Source of the DNA: Vicinamibacterales bacterium
GTDB lineage: Bacteria > Acidobacteriota > Vicinamibacteria > Vicinamibacterales > UBA2999
DNA length: 64,000 nucleotides
Assembly: GCA_050250955.1 (NCBI GenBank)
Contig: JBFWNR010000003.1
Coordinates: forward strand, 430,250-494,249
Direction: 5' to 3'
Part shown: piece by piece, positions 62,983 through 64,000 of the stretch
Numbering within the stretch: position 1 is the first letter of the stretch
Layout of the letters: each line of letters opens with the position of its first letter
Notes under the pieces: generated by a model
What the model saw: the letters and a program-made list of their open reading frames with translations, nothing else
Database searches by the model: none
What the model was told of the DNA's origin: nothing
Made by a program: the position numbers and the translations under genes

Positions 62983-64000
62983 ATGACCCACGCCATCGAA
63001 GCCGTCAACGTCACCAAGACCTACCGCAAGTACGCGCGGAAGAAGCAATTCGCGACCCTGAAATCGGCGCTGCTCTCGGGCAGCCTGGTGAGCGAGCTGC
63101 AGCCCGACGAGACGTTCGAAGCGCTGCGCGGCGTGTCGTTCTCGGTGCCGAAGGGCTGCACCTACGGGGTCATCGGCCGCAACGGCTCCGGCAAGAGCAC
63201 CCTGCTCAAGTGCGTCGCCGGCATCACCCGCCCGACGACCGGCGCCATCGCCGTCGATGGCCGCATCTCGGCGCTCATCGAGCTCGGCGCCGGCTTCCAT
63301 CCCGAGATCTCGGGCCGCGAGAACGTCTTCATCAACGGCATCATGCTCGGCCTGTCGAAGCGCGAGATCCAGCGGCGCTTCGACGAGATCGTCGAGTTCG
63401 CCGAATTGAAGGAGTTCATCGACGCGCCGGTGAAGACCTATTCGTCGGGCATGTACATGCGCCTGGGTTTCGCCGTGGCCATCCACGTCGATCCCGACGT
63501 GCTGCTCGTCGACGAGGTGCTGGCCGTCGGCGACCAGGGCTTCACCGTCAAATGCCTCGACAAGTTCGCCGAGTTCCGCCGCCGCAACCGGACCATCCTG
63601 CTGGTGACGCATTCGCTCGACCTGGTGGAGAAGTTCTGCGACCAGGCGCTGTGGCTCGATCGCGGCCGCACGCACGGCGAAGGCGACCCGAAGCGCGTCG
63701 TCACCGCCTACATCATCGACGTCGAGCGGGCCGAGGAGCAGCTCCTGGCCAGGGAGGAGGCGGCGCGGGTCGCCCATGCGGCCGACGGCGCAGCCGCGGC
63801 GGAGAGCGAGGCGCAACCGCAGAACCCCGTGGACACCGGCGAAGCGCCGCCCGACATGTTCAAGTCCACCGAAGGACGCTGGGGCTCGCGCGAGGTCGAG
63901 ATCACGACGGTGGCGCTGACCGGGCCCGGCGGCGACGCCGCCCACGTGTTTCACACCGGGGATCCGCTGACGGTGCATGTCGGCTTCCGCGCCCACGAAC
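62983..64000 (+). CDS. wzt: Polysaccharide ABC exporter ATP-binding protein (Wzt family); runs off the window end
   Basis: Manual translation: MTHAIEAVNVTKTYR..., GRNGSGKST, YSSGMYMRLGF, LLVDEVLAVGD, then GRWGSREVEI at the start of a C-terminal domain. Confidence 0.9.
   Translation, partial: MTHAIEAVNVTKTYRKYARKKQFATLKSALLSGSLVSELQPDETFEALRGVSFSVPKGCTYGVIGRNGSGKSTLLKCVAGITRPTTGAIAVDGRISALIELGAGFHPEISGRENVFINGIMLGLSKREIQRRFDEIVEFAELKEFIDAPVKTYSSGMYMRLGFAVAIHVDPDVLLVDEVLAVGDQGFTVKCLDKFAEFRRRNRTILLVTHSLDLVEKFCDQALWLDRGRTHGEGDPKRVVTAYIIDVERAEEQLLAREEAARVAHAADGAAAAESEAQPQNPVDTGEAPPDMFKSTEGRWGSREVEITTVALTGPGGDAAHVFHTGDPLTVHVGFRAHE

Overview
GC-rich bacterial chromosome segment that spans the replication origin. 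Gene content and order (rpmH-rnpA-yidD-yidC-jag-mnmE-mnmG-rsmG-parA-parB, an atp operon without atpB/atpE, fused ccoNO, alternative complex III) suggest Acidobacteriota, possibly Vicinamibacteria; this is an inference. Bases 1-22.4 kb are a respiratory region: (i) a divergent cbb3-like heme-copper oxidase operon translationally coupled to a TsdA-like diheme cytochrome, (ii) tRNA-Ser(UGA), (iii) two uncharacterised lipoprotein-like genes behind a sigma54-type promoter, and (iv) a 16-kb operon joining canonical ccoNO-Q-P-G-H-I-S to actABCDEF. The rest is core housekeeping: serS, galU, rsmI, glmU, glmS, pcrA, gyrA/B, dnaN, dnaA with DnaA boxes on both sides, parS sites, a selenocysteine-encoding selD missed by the ORF track, F1/b/b' ATP synthase genes and wzm/wzt. 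Non-coding signals include CTAG-containing 7-bp tandem repeats in intercistronic spacers and a candidate 16-bp palindromic motif in AT-rich patches on either side of oriC. No CRISPR array, integrase or transposase was seen. All calls come from motif reading by eye; no database searches were run.
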